DNA of 64,000 nucleotides from an uncultured Chloroflexia bacterium. Lineage in GTDB: Bacteria; Chloroflexota; Limnocylindria; Limnocylindrales; CSP1-4. The notes under the pieces were generated by a model. That model had not been told where the DNA came from. It made no database searches and saw only the letters and a program-made list of their open reading frames with translations. This document shows positions 52,733 through 62,610 of this stretch, in pieces (the stretch's first letter is position 1; each line of letters begins with the position of its first letter). Both the position numbers and the translations under genes were made by a program. Location of the stretch: positions 576,001 through 640,000 of the forward strand of contig CAVXPZ010000004.1 of the NCBI GenBank assembly GCA_963763775.1, in the 5' to 3' direction.

Positions 52733-53647
52733 ATGGAGCCAGGGGATGCGCGTCCCGACGCGTCCTCCCATCCACACCCGCTGATCGAGCCGGGTAGCGT
52801 GGTCGGCCTCTGGCTGGTCGACCATCTGCCGGTGGTCCATCCCCACGACCACGCGTTCTACGAGATGGCGCTCGTGCTCAGCGGGAGCGGGTTCCACGTC
52901 TGCGGGGAGAGCGAGGAGCCGGTCCGGGCCGGCACCGTGGTCTTCGTCCCGCCGGGAGTCGCGCACGGCTACCGAGGGTGCCGCGAGATGCAGGTCTACA
53001 ACTGCTTCTTCCGGGCGGAGCTGGCCGAGTTCGAGCTCCTCTGGGCGGCCCGCGACGACGCGCTTGGGGCCCTGTTCGAACGCAGCGGGACCAAGCGCCT
53101 CCAGGACGACCACGTCGTGATCCAGGTGGACTCCGCGGCCTTCGAGCAATGCATCCGTGAGCTCGACGTGATCCGGTACGAGGATCCAGCCGAGCGGAGC
53201 CACGCGCGCCAGATCGGCCATCTGCTGCTCGCCCTGGATCTGATCGCCCGGCACGGCCGGCGATACGGGACGGCGCCCAGCGAACGGCGGCTCGCGACCC
53301 CGCCCGTCGTCGCGGCCGTCCTCGATGCCTTCGACGGCGACCTTGCCCGGCACTGGACGCTCGCCGACCTGAGCACTGAGGCCTTCGTCGGCTCCTTCCA
53401 TCTCGCCCACGAGTTCAAGCGCTGGATGGGCGTCTCCCCGATGGCGTACCTCGCGCAGTTGCGCGCGAAACGGGCGGGCATCCTACTGGCCGGGACCGAC
53501 GACTCGATCGCCTCGATCGGCCGCGCCGTCGGTTGGCCGGAGCCTGCCGCGTTCTCGCGACAGTTCTCGAAGGCGTTCGGGATCAGCCCACGCGAGTTCC
53601 GACGCCGTCGCGCGGTGCAGCACGCCGATGAGGCCGTCCCGAGCTGA
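52733..53647 (+). CDS. AraC family regulator (RhaS/RhaR-like cupin + HTH)
   Basis: HDHAFYEMALVLSGSGFH cupin and FKRWMGVSP...FSRQFSKAFGISPREFR. Confidence 0.9.
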   Translation: MEPGDARPDASSHPHPLIEPGSVVGLWLVDHLPVVHPHDHAFYEMALVLSGSGFHVCGESEEPVRAGTVVFVPPGVAHGYRGCREMQVYNCFFRAELAEFELLWAARDDALGALFERSGTKRLQDDHVVIQVDSAAFEQCIRELDVIRYEDPAERSHARQIGHLLLALDLIARHGRRYGTAPSERRLATPPVVAAVLDAFDGDLARHWTLADLSTEAFVGSFHLAHEFKRWMGVSPMAYLAQLRAKRAGILLAGTDDSIASIGRAVGWPEPAAFSRQFSKAFGISPREFRRRRAVQHADEAVPS

Positions 53648-53692
53648 CCAGCTGAGCCCGAGTGGAAGACCTCGGTCCGGCGAGGTCCGGCG

Positions 53693-53789
53693 TGGCGGGA
53701 GCGCGTGGGAGTCGAACCCACCGCGCCGCGCCGAGCGCCGCGCCACTGGTTTTGAAGACCAGGGGACCCACCGGGACCCGACCGCTCCC
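53693..53789 (-). tRNA. selC: tRNA-Sec (UCA)
   Basis: 97 nt. GGGAGCG acceptor, CTGGT-CT TCA AA-ACCAG anticodon arm, long variable arm, GTGGG-TTCGACT-CCCAC T arm, encoded G-CCA. Adjacent to selD. Confidence 0.96.
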
Positions 53790-53843
53790 GCCGCCGATGG
53801 TAGCGCGGCCGGGGTCGGCCGCCGTGCCGCGTATCATCGGTCG

Positions 53844-54921
53844 ATGACGACGCTCGAGGCCCTCCCGCCGAACCCGATCCGCCTGACCGACCTCACCGAC
53901 TGCGGCGGCTGTGCCGCGAAACTGGGCGCCGATCTCCTCGCGGATGCGCTCAGCGGTCTCGGCGCGGAAGCGGCCGCGGACCCGGACGCGGCCCTGATCG
54001 CGGGGCTGAACCCGCCGGACGACGCCGCCGCCTACCGCGTCTCCGACGACCTCGCGATCATCGGCACGCTGGACTTCTTCCCACCCCTGGTCGACGACCC
54101 GCGGACGTTCGGCGAGATCGCCGCGGCCAATGCCTTGTCCGACGTCTTCGCGATGGGTGGCCGCGTGCTGTTCGCCCTCTCGATCGCGGCGTTCCCGGAG
54201 GAGCTACCGCGGGACGTGCTGGCGGAGATCTTCGGCGGGGCGTCCTCGAAGGTCCGCGAGGCCGGCGGGACGCTGGCCGGTGGCCACACGATCCGCGACC
54301 CGGAGCCCAAGTACGGGCTCGCGGTCGTCGGGGCGGCCCACCCGGATCGACTCCTCCGCAAGGGCGGCGCTCGGCCCGGCGACCAGCTCATCCTGACCAA
54401 GCGGCTCGGGACGGGCGTGCTCGTCTCGGGATCGCGTCAGGGCAAGACGCGGTCGGCGGATCTCGACGGCGCCATCGACCAGATGCGGACGCTCAACCGC
54501 GCCGCGTCCGAGGTCCTCGTGGCCGCGGGCATCGCGGCGGCAACGGACGTCACCGGGTTCGGGCTGCTCGGCCATGGGCTGGAGATGGCCCGAGGCGCGG
54601 GCGTCCGGTTCGTCTTCGAGGCTTCGGCCCTTCCGGCGCTGGACGGGGCGCTCGACGTCGCCGCGGCCGGCGTCGAGACCGGCGGGGCCGCCCACAACCG
54701 GCGGTTCGTGCTGCCGGCGCTGACGGTCGGGCCGGGCGTCCCGGCAGAGCATCGTCACGCTGGCGCACGACCCGCAGACCTCGGGCGGCCTGCTGGCGGC
54801 GATCGCGCCGGAGCGGCTCGCCGCCGTCGAGGCGGACCTCGACGCCCGCGGGGTCAGCCACTGGCGGATCGGGCACGTCGAAGCCGGTGACCCGGGCGTG
54901 GCACTCGTCCAGGCGGCCTGA
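53844..54921 (+). CDS. selD: selenide, water dikinase (Cys form; frameshift ~54750)
   Basis: DCGGCAAK, PDDAAAY, LDFFPP, AANALSDVFAMGG, GGHT, TDVTGFGLLGH. DPQTSGGLL is in the shifted frame. Confidence 0.95.
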
Positions 54922-54929
54922 CGATCGCG

Positions 54930-55664
54930 GTGGAGATCGCGACCGGCGTCCGGCGCATCGGGACCGGCCGCGTCAATGTCTACCTGATCGACGAACCCGG
55001 CGGGATCACGGTCGTCGATGCCGGGCTGCCGGCGTCATACGGCGATCTCATGACGGAGCTGGCCGCGATGGGCCGGTCCATCGCGGACGTGCGGGCGGTG
55101 GTGCTCACGCACGCCCACAGCGACCACATCGGGTTCGCCGAGCGCATCCGCCGCGACGACGGCGTCCCGATCGAGATCCACGAGGCCGATGCCGCGCTCG
55201 CGCGCGGCGAGGCGAAGCAGAAGAACGAGGGCGGCGGGCCGATGCGGCCGATCCCCCTCGTGTCGTTCCTGCTCTTCGCGATGCGCCGCGGGGGTCTGCG
55301 GACGCCACGGATCACGGAAGTCTCGACGTTCGGCGACGGGGCGACGCTCGACGTACCGGGCTCGCCCCGAGTGATCCACGTCCCCGGCCACACCGCCGGC
55401 AGTGCCGCGCTCCACCTGCCGGACCGTGACGCCATCGTGGTCGGCGATGCGTTCGTGACGCTCAACGTCATGAGCGGCTCCACCGGACCGCAGCTCTTCC
55501 CGAACTTCAACGCCGACAACCGTCAGGCGGTGGCCTCGCTCGCGCGCTTCGACGGGATCGAGGCCAGGCACGTCCTGCCCGGCCACGGCGAACCGTGGTC
55601 GGGAGGCATGTCGGAGGCCCTGCGCCTCGTCCGCGCGTCGATCCCCGAGGGCTTCGGCGCCTGA
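54930..55664 (+). CDS. MBL-fold metallo-hydrolase
   Basis: THAHSDHIG, PGHTAG, VGD, PGHG. Confidence 0.88.
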   Translation: MEIATGVRRIGTGRVNVYLIDEPGGITVVDAGLPASYGDLMTELAAMGRSIADVRAVVLTHAHSDHIGFAERIRRDDGVPIEIHEADAALARGEAKQKNEGGGPMRPIPLVSFLLFAMRRGGLRTPRITEVSTFGDGATLDVPGSPRVIHVPGHTAGSAALHLPDRDAIVVGDAFVTLNVMSGSTGPQLFPNFNADNRQAVASLARFDGIEARHVLPGHGEPWSGGMSEALRLVRASIPEGFGA

Positions 55665-55667
55665 CGC

Positions 55668-56414
55668 CTAGGCCGTCGTCGCGTCGTCGTCGGCGAGGAG
55701 CCGGTACAGGTCGCGGCGCGCGTCGGTGAGGACCTTGCGGGCCGCGCCGTTCGCCGCCGGCGACCCGATGCGGGTCACCTGCATCGCGGCGATGCCGAGC
55801 TCACGGGCGAGCCCGCGAAGGTCGTCGCCGCCTTCGCGTCGGGTCCAGGCGGGCTCCGCCGGGATCGCGGCGGCGGCCGTCCGGCCAGCCTCGGTCAGCG
55901 CGAAGGTCTTGCGACCGTCGCGGTCCTCCACGACGACGAGGCCCTCGTCCTCGAGCTGCTGGAGCGTGGGGTAGACGGAACCCGCACTCGGGTTCCAGCG
56001 GCCGCCGCTCCGGGCGCCGAGTTCCTGCATGACCTGGTAGCCGTGCATCGGCTGCTCGGCGAGCAGGCCGAGGATGGCGTCGCGGATCGCGCCGCGGCGC
56101 ATCTGGAGCCGCACGCCGTGCGGCCGCGGTGGTCCGCCGTGACCCGGGCGACGGCCGCGGTCGCCGTGACGTCCTTCGTCGCGGTGTCCGCTGTCATCGT
56201 GGCCCGCGAGGCCGCGCATGCGGCGGCGCCCCGGGACCTCCACCGACAGGGCGAAGTCGGGCCGCCGTCGGCGCCCCGGCTCGCGAAGCCCTTCGGCGTC
56301 GATGGGGTGGTGGTGGATGGGATGCGGTCCGCCTCGATGCGGTCCGCGGTCGGTTCGGTCGATCACTCGTTGATCTCTCTCTGTTGGATGTGCGGCGACT
56401 CGCACGTGGTTCAT
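55668..56414 (-). CDS. PadR family transcriptional regulator
   Basis: RGAIRDAILGLLAEQPMHGYQVM..WNPSAGSVYPTLQQLEDEGLV. His/Arg/Gly-rich N-terminus. Confidence 0.88.
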   Translation of the reverse strand: MNHVRVAAHPTERDQRVIDRTDRGPHRGGPHPIHHHPIDAEGLREPGRRRRPDFALSVEVPGRRRMRGLAGHDDSGHRDEGRHGDRGRRPGHGGPPRPHGVRLQMRRGAIRDAILGLLAEQPMHGYQVMQELGARSGGRWNPSAGSVYPTLQQLEDEGLVVVEDRDGRKTFALTEAGRTAAAAIPAEPAWTRREGGDDLRGLARELGIAAMQVTRIGSPAANGAARKVLTDARRDLYRLLADDDATTA

Positions 56415-56426
56415 GTCGCGCTATCA

Positions 56427-56436
56427 CGATATATCG
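56427..56436. promoter_or_regulatory. palindromic operator, probably PadR autoregulation
   Basis: Perfect AT-rich palindrome CGATATATCG 12 nt upstream of the PadR ATG, in a divergent intergenic region. Confidence 0.6.
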
Positions 56437-56515
56437 AGATACATCGATTGTCAATGCCCGTTTCATGTGGGCGAACGGCCCTCCCCCGCCTCACCGCAGA
56501 CGCTACCGTGGCGCC

Positions 56516-57025
56516 ATGCACCCGGATCCAAGCGACGAGCAGCCGACCGAGCGCGCGACGCGGGTCGACGGTGCCCGGTTCGGTCACGTGAATGTGACCT
56601 CTCATGACTGGCGACGTCTCGCCAGGTTCTACGCCGATGTCTTCGGGATGGAACCCGTGGGTCCGGAGCGGGACATCGCCGGCGCCGACCTCGACCGGGC
56701 GACCGGTCTCGTCGGGGCCCACCTTCGCGGGATCCACCTTCGCCTGCCGGGTGGCGGCAACGATGGACCCACTCTCGAGATCTTCAGCTACGACACCATG
56801 GCGCCCGACCCGGGGCCGCCCACGCCCGACCGGGCCGGCTGGGGCCACATCGCCTTGATGGTCGCGGACGTGGCCGCCGCCCGCGACGCCGTGATCGCCG
56901 CCGGCGGCGCGACCGCCGGTGATGCCGTCACCATGGCGACGAAGGATGGCCGCCGCCTGACGTGGTGCTACGTCAAGGACCCGGACGACAACCTCCTCGA
57001 GCTCCAGACCTGGCACGCCGACTGA
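56516..57025 (+). CDS. VOC/glyoxalase family protein
   Basis: FGHVNV..FYADVFG, LEIFSY, GHIALMV, YVKDPDDNLLEL. Confidence 0.85.
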   Translation: MHPDPSDEQPTERATRVDGARFGHVNVTSHDWRRLARFYADVFGMEPVGPERDIAGADLDRATGLVGAHLRGIHLRLPGGGNDGPTLEIFSYDTMAPDPGPPTPDRAGWGHIALMVADVAAARDAVIAAGGATAGDAVTMATKDGRRLTWCYVKDPDDNLLELQTWHAD

Positions 57026-57101
57026 CGATGGACCTCGGTGCAGCCCGGCGGATCCCTCCGGCGCTACACTCGGCGGGTCGTCGCTCCGCAGGAGGCCACC
57101 C

Positions 57102-59015
57102 GTGGCGAAACCCTACGTTCGACTGACCCAGCCCCTCGTCCGCGACACGAAGGGCGGCGAGTTGCGTCCCGCGACCTGGGACGAAGCGCTCGCTCGGACC
57201 GTCGCCGGGTTCGAGGCCGCGAAGGCGGCCCACGGCCCGACGACATTCGGCACCTTCAGCTGCTCGAAGGCGACCAACGAGGTCAACTTCGCGGCACAGA
57301 AGTTCAGCCGAACGGTCCTGGGCAGTAACAACATCGACAGCTGCAACCGGACCTGACACGCCCCGAGCGTCGCCGGTCTGGCGACCGTCTTCGGTGCCGG
57401 TGGCGGCACAAGTTCATATCGTGAGGTCGAGGACACCGATCTGATCGTCCTCTGGGGCAGCAATGCCCGCGAGACGCATCCGATCTTCTTCCACCACGTG
57501 CTGCGCGGCATCAACAACGGTGCCCGCCTCTACGCGGTCGACCCACGGCGCACGTCGTCCGCCGAATGGGCCGATGGATGGCTCGGGCTGGACGTCGGCT
57601 CGGATATCGCGCTCGCCAACGCGATCGGGCGCGAGATCATCGCGGCCGGATTGGAGAACCGCGAGTTCATCGACCGTGCGACCGTCGACTTCGAGGCGTA
57701 CAAAGCCAAGGTCGAGTCCTACACGCTCGAGTACGCCGAGCGCGAGACCGGCGTCCCCGCCGAGTCGATCCGCGAGCTCGCGCATGCCTTCGCGACCGCG
57801 CCGCGGGCCATGATCTGCTGGACGCTCGGGATCACCGAGCACCACAACGCCGTCGACAACGTCCTCGCGCTCATCTCGCTCGTCCTGCTGACCGGCCACG
57901 TCGGCCGCTACGGGAGCGGCGTCAACCCACTCCGCGGCCAGAACAACGTCCAGGGCGGCGGCGACATGGGCGCCCTCCCCGACCGGCTGCCCGGCTTCCA
58001 GCACGTGGAGAACGACGAGCTGCGGGCCAAGTTCGATGCCGAGTGGGGCGTCCCGGTCCCGCCGCAGCGCGGCTGGCATCTCTCGGGCATGTTCGATGCG
58101 ATGGAGCGCGGCGATCTGACGGCCGTGTACTGCATCGGCGAGAACCCCGTCCAGTCCGAGGCCGACCAGAAGCGCGCCATCGCCCTCCTCGAAGGCCTCG
58201 ACTTCCTCGTGGTCCAGGACCTGTTCCTCACCAAGACGGCAGCCCTGGCCGACGTGGTCCTGCCCGCGACGGCGGCCTGGGCCGAGAGCGACGGCACGGT
58301 CACGAACTCCGAGCGGCGAGTCCAGCGCGTGCGGGCCGCCGTGGCACCGCCCGAGGGCGCGCGTGACGATCTCGCGATCGTCTTCGACCTCGCCAACCGG
58401 ATGGGCGCGGCCTGGGGCGACGCGGACCCCGAGAAGGTGTGGGACGAGGTCCGGCGGCTGTCCCCGGTCCATGCCGGGATGAGCTACGAGCGCCTCGAGC
58501 GCGAGGGCGGGCTCCAGTGGCCGTGCTACGACCTCGACCATCCGGGCGAGATGTTCCTGCACAGCCGCCTTTGGGAGGACCCGGTGCCCGGCAACCGCGT
58601 GCCGTTCGTCCCGGTCGACCACGATCCGCCGGTCGACCGCCTCGACGCGGACTTCCCGATCCGCCTGACGACCGGTCGCCGGCTCGACTCGTACAACACC
58701 GGCGTCCAGACGGCGGGCTACACGTCGCCGCTGCGACGCGGCGAGTCGCTGGACATCTCGCCGGAGGATGCCGCGCGGATCGGGCTCGTCGACGGCGAGG
58801 TGGTCCGGGTCGTGTCGCGACGTGGCCAGGTCGAGGTGGGCATCCGGATCGACGAGTCGCTGCGTCCGGGGCTGACCTTCATGACGATGCATTTCCAGGA
58901 CGAGGTCGCGGTCAACCTCCTGACGATCGACGCCACGGACCCGAAGTCGGGCACGGCCGAGTTCAAGGCCACGGCCATCCGCATCGAGAAGCTCGCGACG
59001 CCGATCCCCGCCTGA
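57102..59015 (+). CDS. selenocysteine-containing FdhF-like molybdopterin oxidoreductase (UGA=Sec at 57354-57356)
   Basis: ORFs 57102..57356 and 57498..59015 are in one frame. NNIDSCNRT-U-HAPSVAGL matches E. coli FdhF NNVDCCARV-U-HGPSVAGL; LRGQNNVQG and ADVVLPA..ESDGTVTNSERRVQ are present. Confidence 0.92.
57369..57385 (+). promoter_or_regulatory. bacterial SECIS element
   Basis: GTCGCC-GGTCT-GGCGAC hairpin 12 nt after the UGA, at the same position and with the same GGTCT loop as the E. coli fdhF SECIS. Confidence 0.85.
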
Positions 59016-59112
59016 GCGGCGCGCATGTTCACACGGCGCTGATGTGAGGCGCCGGCTCCGGTGAGACCATGGTGACGTCCGGACTCGGACGACCGCAGAT
59101 CGAGGAGCCATG

Positions 59113-59433
59113 ATGGCCAAGTACCTGTTCCACGGTTCGTACACGCAGACCGGCATCCAGGGCGTGCTCAAGGATGGCGGGACGGGTCGGCGCAAGGCCG
59201 TGGACGCGCTCGCCGCGAGCCTGGGCGGCCGCGTCGAGTCCATGTACTGGGCCTTCGGCTCGGATGACTTCTACGTCATCGCCGACCTCCCCGACCATGC
59301 CACCGCGGCCGCACTGGCCGCCACCACCGGCGGCACCGGCGCCGTGAGCATCAGCACGGTCGTGCTGCTGACCGCCGAAGACCTCGATGCGGCGGTCAAG
59401 CTCCATCCCGACTATCGAGCGCCGGGCGCCTGA
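59113..59433 (+). CDS. GYD domain protein
   Basis: KYLFHGSYT..G..G, ASLGGRVESMYWAFGSDDFYVI, C-terminal YRAPG. Confidence 0.85.
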   Translation: MAKYLFHGSYTQTGIQGVLKDGGTGRRKAVDALAASLGGRVESMYWAFGSDDFYVIADLPDHATAAALAATTGGTGAVSISTVVLLTAEDLDAAVKLHPDYRAPGA

Positions 59434-59435
59434 CG

Positions 59436-60433
59436 TTGGCGCCGGCCCTCGCCCACGACCTTCGCGAGGTCGACGCCGTCGAGGCGACGATCCTCGTCGA
59501 CAGCTCGATCGACATCCTGTTGCCGTCGGGCGGGCCGGCCCGACGGCCGCCGCTGGCCGAGGACTGGTCGGAACGCGATCAGCTCCGGGCGGAACACGGC
59601 TACGGCCTGCTACTCCGGACGCGGACCGGCGACACGTGGCGGACCGTGCTCTACGACGTCGGCCTCGGGCGTGACACGCTGCTCTGGAATGCCGCCATCC
59701 TCGGCTCGACCTGACGGCCGCCGAGGCCATCGTCGTCAGCCACGGCCACGCCGACCATCACGGCGGCCTCGAGGGCGCGGTCCGGTCCCGCGGGCGCGGC
59801 GGGCTCCCGATCGTGCTGCACCCCGACGCGCTCCTCGATCGGCGCGTCGTCTTCCCGACCGGGGTGACGATCTCGATGCCGCCACCGTCCACGAACGACG
59901 TCGAGCGAGAAGGTGGCCGCGTCCTCGCGGAGCCGGGACCGTCACTCTGGGCGGACGACTCGATGCTGGTGTCCGGCCAGGTGGCGAGGACGACCGACTT
60001 CGAGAGGGGCTTCCCGCTCCAGCAGCGCCGGGACGGCGACGGCTGGACGCCCGACACCTGGATCTGGGACGACCAGAACGTGGTCGTCAACGTCCGCGGT
60101 CGCGGGCTCGTGGTGTTCAGCAGCTGCTCGCACGCCGGATCGGTGAACGTGCTCCGAAACGCGGTCGCGACGACGGGCGTGGAGCGAGTCCATGCGTTCG
60201 TCGGCGGGATGCACCTGACGGGCGGGCTGTTCGAATCCATCATCCCGGCTACCCTCGATGCCATCGAGACGATCGGTCCGGACTACGTCGTCCCCGGGCA
60301 CTGCACCGGGTATCGCGCACTGGCCGAGATCGTGACCCGATTCCCGGAGCGGTACATCGCCTCGTCGGTCGGGACCCGGCTGACCTTCGAGGCACCGCGA
60401 GCGACAGCCGACGAATTCACCCGGTCGGGGTGA
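59436..60433 (+). CDS. MBL-fold hydrolase (dihydropteroate-precursor-synthase-like; frameshift ~59706)
   Basis: AEHG, LYDVG, SHGHADHHGG (shifted frame), CSHAG, GGMHL, PGHCTG. Confidence 0.82.
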
Positions 60434-60485
60434 CGCCACCCGGGCCTCGGCCCGACACTATCTGCGTACGGAGGTGATATCGACC

Positions 60486-61437
60486 ATGGCAACCAAGCCG
60501 CGCTCCACGACCAAGACCACGGCCGCGAAGGCGAAGGCGCCCGCGGCGAAGGCCAAGCCCGCCAGCACGAAGGCGAAGCCCGCCACCGCCAAGGCGACCG
60601 CGAAGACGACCGCCAAGACGACCGCCAAGACCGCGAGGCGATCCGCCGCGCAGGACACGGCCGAGATGGCCGAGGCCGTCTCGAAGGCCGAAGCTCGCGA
60701 CGGTGCCCGGCGCGTCGTCGCCGGCATGGACGTCGTCGAGGCCGCTGCCGGCGCGGCGGCCGCGGGCCGCGAGATCACCATCGAGGGCGCCGAGGACCTG
60801 ACGCGAGGGGCCGACCAGGTGGCCGTCGCTGAGCGCGTGTCCGCCCTGAGCGACGTGGTCGCGGCGGCTGGGATCACCGATGTCGCCGAGGGTGCCGAGC
60901 TCGTCTCGACGTCCGAGGACATCGCGCTGCTCGGCGCCGTGGTCGGGGCCATCAGCGAGGACGACCTCGAACGCGGACTGGAGATCGCGCGGGTCGGCGG
61001 CGAGCTCAACGCCGCCTCGGCTGTCGTGGCGCGCATCGGCATGCCCGTGCTCGCCGCGTTCCTCGCCGATCGCGGCGACCAACTGCTCGGCGTGTCCGTG
61101 GACACGATCGTCCGAGCCGGCGGCACACGGGCCATCGCCCGCGCGCTCGGCCGAGACCAGCGACAAGGTCCAGGCGCTCGGCGAGCTCGAGGAGGCCGAG
61201 GGCATCGTCCGCCTGGCCGCCGCCGAAGGCCTCGCCGAGCGGAGCGAGGAGCTGGCCGATTCCGGCGCCGCACTCGCCTATCAGGGGTACGAAGAGGTCC
61301 AGGTCGGCGAGGCCGTCCGCGAGACCGCGGTCGAGGTCGGCGCGGCCGGGCTGGCCGAGGCCGGCGAGGGCATGGAGGAGATCGGCTCCGCCGGCGCCCT
61401 CGAAGACGTCTCGAAGCAGCTCAAGCGCAAGAAGTAG
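60486..61437 (+). CDS. hypothetical protein: K/A/T-rich N-tail plus acidic helical domain (frameshift ~61150)
   Basis: GGAGGT RBS. ORF 60474.. joined to the C-terminal part of 60880..61437. Confidence 0.7.
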
Positions 61438-61452
61438 CGTTCGGGTCCATCG

Positions 61453-61911
61453 ATGCCGATGGATCCCGGGACGACCGGGGACGGACTCGTCGTCGTCGGT
61501 CCTGACGGCGGCGACGCCTTCCCGAGCCTCGACGTCGTGCGCAAGGCGACAGCCGCCGCGACGGGCGGCTGGGGTGTCGTCGTCGTGACCGGCTACCCCG
61601 GCGAGGGCGGGACGACGCATGCTCATGACGGCGAGGCGGAGGCGTTCTTCGTCCTCGATGGCCCGATCGACCTGCTCGGCGCCGAGAGCGTCACGCGCCT
61701 GGAGACTGGGTCGTTCGTGCTGGTCCCGCCAGGGGTCGAGCACGGCCTCCGCATGGTCGGCGACGGCGTCTCACGCTGGCTCGCGATCTGGCCCTCGGCC
61801 CTCGACGGGTTCCCGGAGGCCGCCGAAGCCGCAGCGGCAGACGACGTCGGGCCGGAAGCCCTGGCCGCCCTGCGCGGCCGCCACGGGATCATCCCAGGCC
61901 GGATCCGATAG
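61453..61911 (+). CDS. cupin domain protein
   Basis: HAHDGEAEAFFVLDG and GSFVLVPPGVEHG. Confidence 0.8.
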   Translation: MPMDPGTTGDGLVVVGPDGGDAFPSLDVVRKATAAATGGWGVVVVTGYPGEGGTTHAHDGEAEAFFVLDGPIDLLGAESVTRLETGSFVLVPPGVEHGLRMVGDGVSRWLAIWPSALDGFPEAAEAAAADDVGPEALAALRGRHGIIPGRIR

Positions 61912-61932
61912 CCGCGATCCGTTTCGCCCGCC

Positions 61933-62610
61933 TCAGTCGACGCCGCGCTCGATGAGGCCGGACTCGTAGGCGAAGATCACCGCCTCGACGCGGTCGCGGA
62001 CGCCGAGTTTCGAGAACAGGCTCGAGACGTGCGTCTTGACGGTCGCCTCGCCGATGACCAGCCGATCGGCGATGTCCGCGTTCGAGAGCCCGCGCGCGAC
62101 CAGCACGAGGACCTCACGCTCGCGCGCCGAGAGGCGTTCGAGGGCGCGTCGGGCGTCCGTTGGAGCCATCCGGGTCGCGAACGAGTCGATCACCCGACGG
62201 GTCACCGACGGCGAAAGGAGCGCGTCCCCGCGAGCGACCACCCGGATCGCCTCCACGAGGTCATCAGCCGGGGCGTTCTTCAGGAGGAAGCCACTCGCGC
62301 CCGCCTGGAGGGCCCCGAACACGTACTCGTCGACATCGAAGGTGGTAAGCACGATCACGCGTGGCCCTTCGCCGGTCGCCACGATCCGCCGAGTCGCCTC
62401 GATGCCGTCGAGCCCGGGCATCTGGACGTCCATCAACACGATGTCGGGCCGCCGCCAGTGCACGACCTCGACGGCCTCGACGCCCGTCCCCGCCTCGCCG
62501 ACCACCTCGATGCCCGGCTCGGACTCGAGGAGGAGCCGGAGACCGGACCGGATCATGGCCTGGTCGTCGACGAGGACGACCCGGATCTTGTCGTGAGTCT
62601 CCTGGGTCAC
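61933..62610 (-). CDS. NarL/LuxR family response regulator
   Basis: LVDDQ, DIVLMDVQMP, LSAREREVL..GLSNADIA..TVKTHV. Confidence 0.95.
   Translation of the reverse strand: MTQETHDKIRVVLVDDQAMIRSGLRLLLESEPGIEVVGEAGTGVEAVEVVHWRRPDIVLMDVQMPGLDGIEATRRIVATGEGPRVIVLTTFDVDEYVFGALQAGASGFLLKNAPADDLVEAIRVVARGDALLSPSVTRRVIDSFATRMAPTDARRALERLSAREREVLVLVARGLSNADIADRLVIGEATVKTHVSSLFSKLGVRDRVEAVIFAYESGLIERGVD

Larger units (their letters stand above)
41226..53732. mobile_element. genomic island integrated in tRNA-Sec (no integrase found)
   Basis: Flanked by an exact 40-bp direct repeat equal to the tRNA 3' end. Interrupts the sel locus and carries a self-contained sugar cluster. Confidence 0.85.

Noticed and set aside
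59712-59714. TGA inside the MBL gene as a second selenocysteine
   Set aside because: The conserved SHGHADH motif continues in a different frame and the position is not a Cys site. A missing base explains it.
10560-61150. Programmed frameshifting or mass pseudogenisation (speE, two MFS, Rieske, amidohydrolase, GH78, selD, MBL, others)
   Set aside because: Isolated single-base shifts in unrelated, otherwise intact genes, with no shared slippery motif and no nonsense decay. Sequencing error is the simpler explanation.
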